Of a stretch of 64,000 nt of DNA, positions 37,991-49,943 are shown piece after piece. Position numbers and translations under genes: made by a program. Under the pieces are notes generated by a model that ran no database searches, had not been told where the DNA came from, and saw only the letters and a list, made by a program, of their open reading frames with translations. The stretch spans positions 62,001 to 126,000 of the forward strand of contig JAAILG010000139.1 of assembly GCA_012026655.1 (NCBI GenBank), written 5' to 3'. This stretch comes from Hydrolagus affinis. Taxonomy: Eukaryota. How positions within the stretch are numbered: position 1 is the stretch's first letter; every line of letters begins with the position of its first letter.

Positions 37991-40329
37991 ACAAAGATAT
38001 GTAGACAAATGTGAGCAGTAACATCATTGTTACAGATCAAAAGAAAATCTGTGAATGTTATTGAAATTCTGCAACAAAACCAGAAAATGCTTAAAATACA
38101 CTAACAACAACAACAACAACTGCATTTATACAGCGCCCTTCACTCCGGGTGGCGTTTCGGAGAACATTGTTCCAACCAGCAACTGAAAGAGAAATATGGG
38201 CTTTTGATGAATAATGATATTACATTGCTGCTCGGAGGGATTCTGCGATTATTTCATAGTTACCTGCTTTTGTGAAATAAACTTTGCATTTTAGTGGCGT
38301 TGTTTGTCAACCTTAACAAGGCAAATGATTTTCAACTGGTAAATCAGAATTCCCTTTCATCCCATGCAATCAAAATCCAATGAAAATGTAATGTGACTGC
38401 CTAATGTGTATTGCTTTTGTGCAGAACTAAATTAGCATGTTGGTTCTTGGTGACTATATTAACCTGCTGTTCTGGTAGAAATCATGAGATACAGCTATCA
38501 CTGATACATTATGCCAAAGCATGATGAAAGAAATTATTAAGAGACTGATGGAATTGGGGGAAACAACAATAACATGCATTTATATATTCCTTTATATATT
38601 CACAGAGCAGTGTATTGGAGCAGGGCAGAATGGGCAGAAACCCAACCGATTGATATTGTATGATAAACTATGTAATTGTTTTTGCGAGTGAAATTCCACG
38701 GGTGCCAAAATTGCATTAAATCTATGCCCATCTTCTCTAGCCATCAAAAGAGGGATCTGGATGCAGTTGATAGTAATAATAATAATAATACTCCTTTCAT
38801 TTGATATAGGAACTTATCACATCTCTGAGACATACCAAACCACTTTGCAGAATATACTGTAAAATTAATTGAATGTATATTTTGTGGACAGTGGAGAGAG
38901 AGGGAGGGGAGCAATGTCACTGTAGGTAGTTTGTATGCGTATTTGAATGTTTGGATGTTTGGTGTCATCCAAAGATACAACCAGGCTGCAATCGTAAAAG
39001 TTACAGATGTATGTGGTAATGACATTTGACCAAAGAGATCTTATCATCCATGTGCATTAAGCGAGAGCTTTTAGAATAATGGCCAAATGAGATGAAATTG
39101 CCAAAATACAAAACCATCAGGAAATTGTTTGAACATCAACGGACATCAAGCCCGCAATACAGTATATCCTGTGAAACGCATTGAAGTGCCTTCTGGAACG
39201 TGAAAGGTGCTATATCAAGTTTAAGAATTATTGCTAATATTATTATAAAAGAATCCCAAAACACATCAATATAAACCTTTAGAAACTAACCGGTTATACA
39301 GCTATAATATATTCAATTGTTTTGCAAAAATTGGGTTTGCAGCTCACTTCAAAATTACTTTTGTTGAGGCCACTGTGGACCTCCTTTTCTATAATACGTC
39401 CCAGTTAAATGAAGTCAAATAAACATTGTCTTGAGAAATGTGGTAGTTATTTAATTTCCACTGTAGCCAGGAGGGGGTAACAAACAATACCCTCGTCCAG
39501 TTATACGCAAGAAGACAACTAGATACTACCCTCATCCTCACTATGAAAGAGTGCTCCCAATTTATAGAGTCAAATGTTAGACAATGTCTCATGGAATCTT
39601 ACCTGTTCCTCTACCAGTGGCATGCACGTTTTGACACATCTCATTTTGCGCTGTTTAGGCTTTGGAAAAGGGGTTTTGTGACCTCTTTCATGTTACACCG
39701 TCAAGTTTACGGACTTCACATAAATTATCCACCGGTGGGTAGTGGCAGTGCGAATTAGCTTTCCAGTGTGACAGCTGTTGTTTTTCATCTAACCTTTGAA
39801 ACAGCAGCTGGTACAACGTGTCCTCTCCTCAAGGTTAGGCCCAGCGTCGTAACAGGAAAGGAAACCTCTCAATGTACAAGTAATGAGGGCTGCAGAGAGA
39901 GAGAGAAAAAAAGATATACATTATGTGGGAGAAACCATAACCTTCACTGCAATAATTGATCGACCCCCAGTGCAGCAAATCCTGTACAATGACAGCATCC
40001 TGGTGACTGGAAGCATTAGCATCTAACCCTTACTGTTAAAATAATTATTGTTGAAGGTGGATGATCTATGTATCTTCTTAGAACTGGAGCAAGTGGAGAA
40101 AATTAACTCTGATTAGATTGTTCACAGCATATTAGGAAGCCATCAATTGCTTGGAACCAGTTCAATCCTGGGGAGACCTTGATTATCTGCTCCCCCACAT
40201 CCCCCAGCCCCATCCCCCACGAAGATAATTTAAATATCGGGAGGTGCGCTCACCTTCAAATGCGCAGCAACCACAATTTATGTACAATAAGATCCGTGTG
40301 AACATTTTGAGACGATTTGATGATGTGAT

Positions 40330-40612
40330 AATAATGATCCTTACAATGACAACCCGAATCCTTATCACGTCGGAAAGATTTACTGCGAGATGGAGCGGCT
40401 GTATACTTGCAGGCAAACACAGCAGCCCAATTGCACATAGCGATGTCTCACAAACAGCTATGAAATGAATTACCAATTTTCATTCGAGGAATTATTGGCC
40501 AGGACACCGGAAGAAACCCCTTTCCCTTTTCAAATTGGGCGATGGGAACTTTAACATCCACCTGAACAGGAAGCCGGGAACTCACAACCTCCCGAATCTG
40601 AGCCTAGCTGAC
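40330..40612 (-). mobile_element. DeuSINE-like element
   Basis: TTATTGGCCAGGACACCGGAAGAAACCCC..ATGGGAACTTTAACATCCACCTGAACAGG..TGAGCCTAGCTGACAC. Confidence 0.75.
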
Positions 40613-41715
40613 ACACAATCAAGCGTTACATCAAATACGTCAAATAAAAAGGCATCTTATCATTGCAAGGATTATTTCAGATGTCTTTTTGATACGCTAC
40701 ATAAATGTAAATTGTATTGTAGAATATTATTCTCACTATAGTTTTTGAATGCTTTGGCTTGGTGCCTGTTAAGCGAAATGCACTCAGTTTCTGAGTGCTA
40801 ATATCCTTCAAGTACAGTAAACAGAAATATTTTCAAAGCAGCAACAGAGCGTTGTGGGAATGGAAGGGGGAAACAAAAAGACCACAATAGTTTTGCTAAC
40901 ACAGCAGCTTCATCAGTTTTATATTCCCCATGACATTTAAAATGGATGGTTTGATTGTTTCATTTTCAGAGGCAATTTAGTCCCAAGCAATCATTTCTCA
41001 CAGTGTTCTGCAGTAAATAACGGCTCGGCACAGCACATACATTTATCAAAAGGTTAAAGCTTTTGTAAGTGGCACTTAAATGTGTAGGTAATGTGGGCTG
41101 GGATTATTGACCCTCCTGAGCATGTACATTCTTATTTTGACCAGTTCTACAATGGGATATATCTGCTTACAAATAATCAGCCATTAGAAATGGTAACATT
41201 TTATGAGTCCTGCCTTAATTATATGAAAATGTTCACAGGCTCAGGGAAGCAATATTAAATCCTAAATTGGCATTGCGCAATTAAACTTTCCTCACAATAA
41301 AAAACTTTGCATCTTTTGCTATTATTTATTCCGCCAGACATCGGTATATAGGGGGTGATTAGACTTAATGCATTCGCTTTAAAAGCTCTTTGATGGGTTT
41401 AGGGACCGCAAAACTGCCAACGCATCACGTTTAGCACGAGACACAAGGAGAAATTAGCAAGGTCAGTCGCAATGAGGTTGTTGCCGTGTTGGTAACAAAT
41501 AATGCAGAGCTCTTCACTGCAGCTCATTGCTTCAGCCATATGTAACAGTGGTGTGAGATATGAAAGTAACCTTTACACTGAGGAATTGTTGAGATATTTT
41601 CTTTACTAACAAGTATAATTCAGCTCCGAGAGAAATTTTACACTAGGGAATGGAAGGTGTTTCCAGAATAACCCTTCACCATCCAAGATAGTTTTAACAT
41701 TCTCTCACTTTAAGT

Positions 41716-41995
41716 CGGTGGTTCCCAACCTTTTTTTGCTGCGACCCTAAATTGGCCATCAACAGGACCTCCCGACTGTGCGACTGAAGCAAAGCTCAGC
41801 TAAGACAATATCTCTGTTTCTTTTGTGGATTCAGCATAACTCGCTAGTACGGTCTTTCATACAAATTAGTCAGCAGGGTCGCTTCGGGCACTTTTCAACA
41901 TTAAAAAAGAAAAAAAGATTCTTTTAATGATGACCCTTCGCGACCCTACTGAGGACCCCCTGATTTGGGTCAGGACCTGAGGTTGGGAACCACTG
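41716..41995. mobile_element. Non-autonomous hAT (Charlie-type) MITE, 280 bp
   Basis: 16-bp TIRs CGGTGGTTCCCAACCT / AGGTTGGGAACCACTG (one mismatch); perfect 8-bp TSD CTTTAAGT at 41708-41715 and 41996-42003; subterminal GCGACCCT repeats. Confidence 0.95.
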
Positions 41996-42024
41996 CTTTA
42001 AGTGCATGGACTAGATAATATTTA

Positions 42025-42295
42025 TTATAATAATAGTAATCCTTGCATTTGATTGAGACATCTCAATGCACAATAGACACTACTGTAAAGCGACTTGACT
42101 GTATGTTTTGTGGGCAAACACGGCAGCCAATTACTCACAGCAGTGTCCCACAAACAGTCGTGGATTGAGTGACCAAATTATTATTATTATTATATTTGGA
42201 GGGATGATTCCCCCTGGAAAGTCAATTGATTAACAACCTACTTACTGCTGGGTAAACACAGGAGTAAGGAGCAAGGAAAGTTGCCTAAGATTTCC
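42025..42295 (-). mobile_element. tRNA-headed SINE, long form, head missing
   Basis: Tail, body and TAACAACCTACTTACTGCTGGGTAAAC central block in reverse. Confidence 0.88.
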
Positions 42296-42797
42296 CCATT
42301 GGATAATGGCCAAATCTCACTCAAATGGCCCCAATGTTTAGATCAGAAAGAAGAATGACACAGGTAAATAATAATCCTTGCATTTGGTATTCTTGCAAGT
42401 CAAGCCCATTAAGGTTGTTGTTAACCGAATGTAGGTGGATACAGGAGGTGGCTGGCGACAGACCAGGCAGTGCCTCTTGTTCCACACAGATAGATTTAGA
42501 TAATAGATTTAAATTGCAGATACTGTGCAGTGTGGAAGCAACATCGTGGACTGACAACTATAAGATTACAAACAAGAGGAATATTGTTTGTAGAAATAAG
42601 TAGCATTTGTGTAAGTATACAAACTGAATAAAGACACAAAAAAGAGGAAAATGGTAAATCGCATTATGATTTTGCCTTAAAGTACAGCAAAAGAAGAAAC
42701 GTGTCATGGAAGAAAAACTCCATAATCTGCAGGATTACCAAAGAAAATGTTTATTTTCAATGTACCAAGTTAATGGTATTCACTATATCATATAGTG

Positions 42798-42897
42798 NNN
42801 NNNNNNNNNNNNNNNNNNNNNNNNNNNNNNNNNNNNNNNNNNNNNNNNNNNNNNNNNNNNNNNNNNNNNNNNNNNNNNNNNNNNNNNNNNNNNNNNN
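42798..42897. other. Assembly gap (100 N)
   Basis: Run of exactly 100 n, abutting a CR1 end. Confidence 1.
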
Positions 42898-43062
42898 TTT
42901 TAAAAGGGAATTAGATCTTTATTTAGGGAGAACAGGTCTATTAGGCTATGGGGAGCGGGCAGGGCAGTGGGATTGAATCGCTCTTTTCAAAGAGCCGGCA
43001 CAGACTAGATGGGCCGAATGGCCTCCTTTTGTGCCGTAAAATTCTATGAATCTATGAATCTA
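42898..43062 (+). mobile_element. CR1 3' end
   Basis: FKRELDLYL..GYGERAGQWD stop, then GATGGGCCGAATGGCCTCC..TTCTATGAATCTATGAATCTA. Confidence 0.92.
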
Positions 43063-43500
43063 TAAGATATATGATATCTTCCCATTTGATCTCATCCATC
43101 CAGAACACCAGCCCCACTGTCTTCTCATTACACCATCAAGCTGGTTCTTGAACGATTCCAATGACACTGACATTGCAAGAAGAAAGAGAGGTACACCAAT
43201 ATCCTTTCTTAAATAAGGAGACCAAAACTGCACACAATATTCTAGGTGTGGTCTCACCAAGGCCCTATACAGTTGCAGCAAGACTTCCCTATTGTTACAT
43301 TCTAATGCTTTTGTAATGAATGCCAACATGCCAAGTAGCCTTCCTAGTTGCTTGCTGCACCTGCGTGCTAACGGTTTGCGACTGGTGTACAAGGACACCC
43401 GAATCCCTCTGAACATATCACTTTCTAGTCTCTCCCCTTCTAGAAAATAATCCGCTTTTCTGTTTTTACTACTTTGGTGAGTAACTTCATACTTCACCAA
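43060..43500 (-). mobile_element. CR1 ORF2 C-terminal fragment joined to a CR1 3' end
   Basis: ORF track peptide EVLLQLYRALVRPHLEYCVQFWSPYLRKDI is a CR1 ORF2 hallmark; it continues into SLESFKNQLD, the terminal CR1 motif. Confidence 0.9.
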
Positions 43501-43502
43501 GT

Positions 43503-43640
43503 AGATGGCATCTCCGACAATGCAACAAGCCCCAGCACTATAGTAGAGTGTCAGCCTACTCTATGCGTTTTCAAGAGTCTTGAACCCAAAACCTTCTGAC
43601 TCAGAGGCGAGAGTGCTACCGCTGGGCCAGGCTGACACCT
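43503..43640 (-). mobile_element. DeuSINE-like head
   Basis: AGATGGCATCTCCGACAATGCA..GAGTGTCAGCCT..CTTGAACCCAAAACCTTCTGACTCAGAGGCGAGAGTGCTACC. Confidence 0.85.
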
Positions 43641-44197
43641 TATATGTTTTCAATAGCAGGGCTTTAACTCAGAGAGAGGCCATTTAGATGAATGTCTTTG
43701 AGTTTGCATTCAAGATTGAAAAGTTCATGAACCGCACACAACAGATTAAAAAGACATACATCAAGGCTTTGTGATTAATTCAGCATATATATATCATTGT
43801 TTCTCTCCTGTCCAGACTGACTATATCAGATGAAGCTTTGCTGATTGGAGCTTTCAACATCTGCAGCTCGTCATCTACCATTCATAGCTGAGGATTACTT
43901 TAAATTGTCCTTGAGACATCTCAACAAGATGATATCAATTGTAAGAATTCCTTATTATTAAAATAGTTTTTTTTGGGGGGGGGAAAGAAACAAGTCAAAG
44001 GTAGATGGAGCTGTTCATTTCAAGCACTTTCCCGACTTAAGATTGATTTTCCATTACAGTTGTGCCAATAATTATTTCCATTCCGTGAAGCAGTGGGAAT
44101 TTAGCGCTCAAGCAGAATGTCAAAGGGCATGAAAGGTTAGAAAATAAATTAGTTTAAAAAGCGCATTCAAGTAAATGTAGTTTGTTCCCTGGCATGA

Positions 44198-44310
44198 TAC
44201 AACAACAACAACAACAACAACAACTATTTGCATCTATATAGTTCCCTTCAATGAGTTGGGATGTCCTCCTGACATGAAAGGAGCTACACAAGTGTAATTT
44301 TGTTGTTGTT
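44198..44310. mobile_element. Two short L2 tails in opposite orientation with (AAC)n / (TTG)n ends
   Basis: (AAC)n..TTGCATCTATATAG on the left; CCTGACATGAAAGGAGCTACACAAGTGTAATTTTGTTGTTGTT on the right. Other short L2 tails near 2650, 13200, 15805, 18890, 19555, 22460, 38103, 45865, 51110, 53240, 55350, 60600. Confidence 0.7.
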
Positions 44311-47300
44311 CACGTGGGGTAGCGTCCGAGAGTTTCCCAGGCACCTATTCGAGGATGACAATTTAGATAAAAGATAAGAGTTGACTGTTAAGAGGCAGAA
44401 TAAATGATATTATTTACTAATGCCAGTCTCTCTCCTTCAGGTAGCAAAACAATATGGCCTGAAGCCAAAGGCCTTATCTCTAATTACCCCCAAGTCATCC
44501 ATAAGCAAAGTTTAATGTAGCACACACTGTTGCAAATAAAACCATGCTCTGCGTATCTGGCATGTTCAGATTAAATAGCCCCCACAACATCTGTGACTAT
44601 TTTGTTTCTTGCTGAGAAGTGCACAATACACCAAAGGTTTGACTTTTTGCAGTCAACCTGTCAGAGGCAACCTCTAATAGTTGGAGAAGCGGAGATGGAC
44701 AGCTAAAAGGCAGCTACAATTAACAGTATATCAACCTAAGTCCACCACCATTACAGTATTGTTTTTTTTCTCTCGAAGTAGAGCAGTGCCTATTCAGTGC
44801 CCTCTCGTGCCAGGTAAGCAGGAATATTCAATTATCGTATGATTGAAAAGGTTATTTATGATTCGCAAACTCTTATCTTTGTTGCGGGCAAATTGGCTGT
44901 CACATTCGCCTACAAATACGCACCTGCTACATTTGACAGTAAATCTTTGCTTTTGGGAAAAGTTTTGATGTGTTGGACTATGTAAAACATAAGGATTATT
45001 AGTATGATTATTATTAGCGAATTTTTGAGGTCTGTTTATTTCCTTTCCATTACTCTTCTCATAGAAAATTTATTGTCGACTAATTTCTATCATTAATTAC
45101 AGCACCCAGAGGGTCATTCCGTGTCTTTTGGGGGAGGAATAAACTCCACTGTGAATAACCTGTGCTTACTACTGAAAATGTCATGTGTTTCTGCAAACTC
45201 GAACTTCCATTCATCTCTGTCATCTACCTGTTATGTCTCATTTAACGCCTTAAACTGGCTGCATAAATCAAAACCGTTAAGTAGTTACACAGTTCCCGTT
45301 CTATAAAATAGAAATTAGTTTCCAAAGGATCTTGTTGAACTGATGCGTGCAATTTGCTTTCCAGCGAGAGAATCTCAGCTGAGCATGGGTAAACGGATTC
45401 AATCCCGTTCTCCTCCACTCCCTCACCTTAGACTAATCTATTTCCACATTAGTGCATAATCAACATGAGTGGCTGAGTGGCGATTTGGTTGGTGTGGAAG
45501 AGGGTTAAACTCAAAGAGATTGCATGGATTCAAACTGGGCTAATTTGAGTTTATTCTGGGAAAACAATTTTTGGTCAGCGAGTACAATTTCAAGACATTT
45601 CCTGCCGTTCTGTAAACATTAATTTGTATAATGCAGGAACTCAGAGTGCCTCGGCGTAGCCCTGATTTATTTTTGTACCCCAAATGTTTGTTATTCTTAC
45701 GAATTATGAGCAAATTGTAAGAATTGGCAGGAAAACGTAATTCTCTCCTGCAGTAGTGTATATTTCGTTTTTAAAAAAATTCTTACAGATATCCCACCAT
45801 TATTGGATACTTCTCACTGTCAGTTCAGTGTGTGTAGGGAGGGAAGGGGTGACAAAATATAAAACAGCAAAATTGCATTTGTATGGTGCCTTTCACAGCG
45901 AGAGGACTTCCCAAGGCGCTGGCATAACAATCGATAGTCCATCGAAAACGTAAACCCAGACCAATAATTTTAGATGCACCAAGACAGTAGAACAAAGAAC
46001 ACATAGATTTTGAGTTGCAAAGGGCAATTTCAGGACAGACACCACCAGGAAGTTTTTCGGCCGTCCTAATTAAGACCGAATTGATGAATTTTCCTAACTT
46101 CTACAGAATCTTAATCTTTAAGACAAAATGACATTGGGACCTAAGAGCAGGTCTCCATAGTTGCACTGTTGTTTCAACCATGTAGCATCAATTCTTGCAG
46201 AAAAGCGTGACATTGTAATGTCAGTAATGTTGTGAGATCCCTGCAGTTAAATCGAGCCCTGATATAGCGTATTAGCTTGCTGAGTGATGAATGCCTAGGT
46301 TTTGGCACAGTCACATGTTTTCCAGCGTTTTAAAATGTATAAAGTACTCTGTATAAATTACGACGAATTCTATTAACTGTTTATTTGACCTTCATTGAGT
46401 TTCCAGGACAAGGTTAACCTCTTTACTCTTTATCATTTCATGCTATTTAACTTTTAATTATTTTGTATAACTGAGTGTATCTTTATCAAGTCTGCCACCC
46501 GACATGTTAATGATTTACATGACAGAATTTGTTCTAAAATCTCAAAATATCCAGCCAGGATTTTTCTAAAGGTTCGTGTTCATAAATCAAAGAGGAATCT
46601 TAAATTTCTAGGACTTCTAGGATATTTCCTATAATAATATAATAATGAACAATAAATGCTACAACAATAATAATACTCCTTGCATTTGATATAGCACTTA
46701 ACAGGTTGTTTGTGTATTCATTTCTAGGGGATTCAACTGGTGATCTTCACAGGTTATGTTGTAAAGTGATTGACTGTGTATTTCAAAGGCGAAATGGGTT
46801 AGCAGGAAGATCGGTGGAGGTTTGGATGCGGCGTACATTCAAGAGACAACTTTTTGCAAGAAGAAGCTGAAAGGTTGGTATTCTAAAAGACTGAGATGGG
46901 TCAAATGTCCTTTTTAGGTTCTTACTCCCTTTTAATCTAAGACAACAGATAGAACCTTGCTACACGTTACCCAAAATGAAGACATGATAGGCCTAAGGAT
47001 ATATGCTGAAATATGGAAACAAATTTACCTGTATCTGGAATGGAAAGCAAACTCTCCACCCTTGAGAGTAAACCCCTGTTTATGGGACACTGCGGTGCGT
47101 AACTGGCTGCTGCGTTTCGCCCACAAATATAGTCAATTTACTTTACAGTGTATCCTGTGAAGTGCTTTGAGACGTCTAGAAGACGTGAAAAGCACTACAT
47201 CAAATGCAAAGATTCTTATTGTTATTATTTTGATGATTATTATTCTTAGGTGTCATCTGAACCCCGAAAGGCACTCTATAAATGCAATGTATGGTGGTTG

Positions 47301-49471
47301 TTGTTGTTTGATGCAGTACATTAAGGAGAAGCACTTTCCCCATTGTCAAGAGGAACATTGCTCACAGTTTAATCTCCTTTAAACTTGCAAATTGCTGGTT
47401 TTCAGCTATGGATTAGGACTCTCACTAGATTTCATACTTTGTATTCAAGGTTCAAATTACTCATGCATCGCGTCAATCCATAAACGTTCATCAGCGTTCA
47501 GTCGACCCAATAACAGGTATTGACTGGCTTGATCATTCTGCACCCTTGGAAACACATCAAGCAAACGTCAGCAGCTTCGGGAAGCAGACTCAAACCCGAA
47601 CGAGAGGAGCGTTGAGATTCCGCTCTCGCAGTTGAAAGTCGTTGGATGATACAGACGGAACTTTTTTCATGTACGACTCAATCTGCTGCAAAGCTCCTTG
47701 ATGTTGCTCACCACTGTTGGTGCCCCTTCGCTCAAGTCGCTGGAATGCGTTGAGGGGAAAAAAAATGTGTTCCCTAGATAATCTGGACAGCAACATCATT
47801 ATTCCATTCACACAAGCGTCTCCACAAGAACCGGGATCTCACAGCCACTTTGCACATTGATTCCCTGGAACACTGCATCCCTTTCGGTTCAACCCTTTCA
47901 CAGCAGTTGTCCAATTCCCACCACTGGCGATTTGCAGTCTTTCAGACAGTCCTTCTTCAAACATAGGGTTCTAGCACATTCAGCCCAGACCATACTGTGC
48001 TTGGGTAATTAATTATGGTCTCTCACCTCACCATTGTGATCTTTCATTTCCTTCTTCACATCCGACTGGGTGATTTAACATCAGGCTGGGCTCTGATAGA
48101 CTAGACAATCGGCTTGTTGACTGATACTCAACTCTTCAGTGCATCAAAGGTCAGCACTTGCCCCACTCCTGTGCCTTCATTGCCAGCAACTCCACTATGT
48201 ATTTGTTATTATTAAGACTGCACTTGCAGCAATCTCATCTGAAGTTATTTGGGGGCATGGATGCGCTCATGCCATACCTTGACAGTAAGACCTTCTTATA
48301 AATCTTCCCAAGACAGAGCACACATCAGTAGCTCCGTGAGTAAGCTCCATGTGATATAAAGCTACTGCCATCTCCCTTGGTAACTTTCTGCCTTCAAATT
48401 GTCAGATTGATATCAACTGGATACCAACCATATTTTTCAGGCAAGTTCACATTTACTTGCCACAACTTTTACTTGTTTGAATGTCGGCAACTTTTAACCA
48501 AACGTGTTTGTGTGACAATAATGCATGAAAGCAATGAGCATAAGAGCGCAAAAAGTCAGCAAAGAATGTGTTTACTCAATCCATGACAGTGCGCGGAACA
48601 TTGTTGTGCATGACTCTATAGCATATTCTGTGAAGAGCTTATCAATAGTGCGATAATATGCAAATGCACACATTATTATTATTATATTTCCTTTTCTTAA
48701 TGCAGCAAAGGATGGCTTATTCCTGATATGCGATGAATCATTGTTTGAACATTCTGGGAAGAGCACATCAACAACTAGTACTGACTTCAAATTAAGTTCA
48801 GAGAAGAAACTCTTTAAAATATGCCACACACCTCAAACTGGCATATTACTGTTATTATCATCGCACACATGACCTTGTCCGTTTTTTGCATGAAATGCTA
48901 TATACTGCGAACCGATAAGTGAGGTCAATCAGCAATGCTACTTCTCCAGTGTAAGATTTTACACAAAACTGGCACAGTATGATCAGTCACTGTGTTATCC
49001 AGCTTGTTTATTTCCACATGATTATGTGTAAATTATGGCTTATTTTGTGCAGTAATACAAGATAAGAAATATATATCATGACAATGATGGCAACAGCTAT
49101 TTATAGATTTTTCACCAGGATTTTTATACTATTTTTATTCTCCTGCTGTAAATGTGGATCATATTAATCAGGACATACATTTAGGATTAATTTAACTCGT
49201 ATCCTATCAATAGATTTATAGAACTGTCTTTCAGACACTGAAAATCGGCAATTGCTTTCACCTTTGCTTGATAGATTATTCTATAACAATTCTTCCTTCC
49301 AACAAATCAAACAAACACATGTATTATAAATCATTGTAATAGAAGCCTCTTGAAGCCAACACCTCTCTGGTGAACAGTGCTGAAATTAGTCTCCGTCCTG
49401 GCTGCAAGTTAAAGTGAAACCCCTGCTTTGATTTAAAATAGAAGAGATTTGAGTTCCAGAGTTTGATTCTC

Positions 49472-49499
49472 CACACACACACACACACACACACACACA
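49472..49499. repeat. (CA)14 microsatellite
   Basis: Read directly. Confidence 0.98.
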
Positions 49500-49589
49500 G
49501 ATCTACTAATGGAGGTCACAGTTACTCTATTCAATCACTTATCTATGTTGCGTAACATCCCTTATAAAAGATAGATGAATATTTGAATA

Positions 49590-49943
49590 GATGTCCCACC
49601 TCAGGACTTTTAGTTTACAGTCTAGGCTGGCACTCCAATACAGTCAGAGATTGTCAGAGAGCAGTCCTTCGGATATGTGGTAAAACAGAGGCCCCATCTG
49701 CTTATAAAGGTGGATGTGAAAGATCTCATGGCTCTATTCATAAATAAAACGGATATGGTACCCTGGCTAACAATTCCCCAAACAAAATTGGTCATTCGCT
49801 TCATGCCTGGTTATTGAGCATTCCTGTGCACAAATTGACTGTCGTTTCGCTTACAAAATCAGCCATTGCACTGCACATTAAATAAATCCTGCGATGCACT
49901 TTATGACATCTTCCTGACATGAAAGGTGTTATAAGGATTATTG
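49590..49943 (+). mobile_element. Near full-length diverged DeuSINE-like element
   Basis: CTAGGCTGGCACTCC..GTCCTTCGGATATGTGGTAAAACAGAGGCCCCATCTGC..GGTGGATGTGAAAGATCTCATGGC..CCTGACATGAAAGGTG. Confidence 0.8.

Noticed and set aside
47470-47620. Possible hAT dimerisation-domain remnant (FPKLLTFA) on the minus strand
   Set aside because: Multiple stops and the flanking conserved residues (WW, IP..S..SER.FS) are absent
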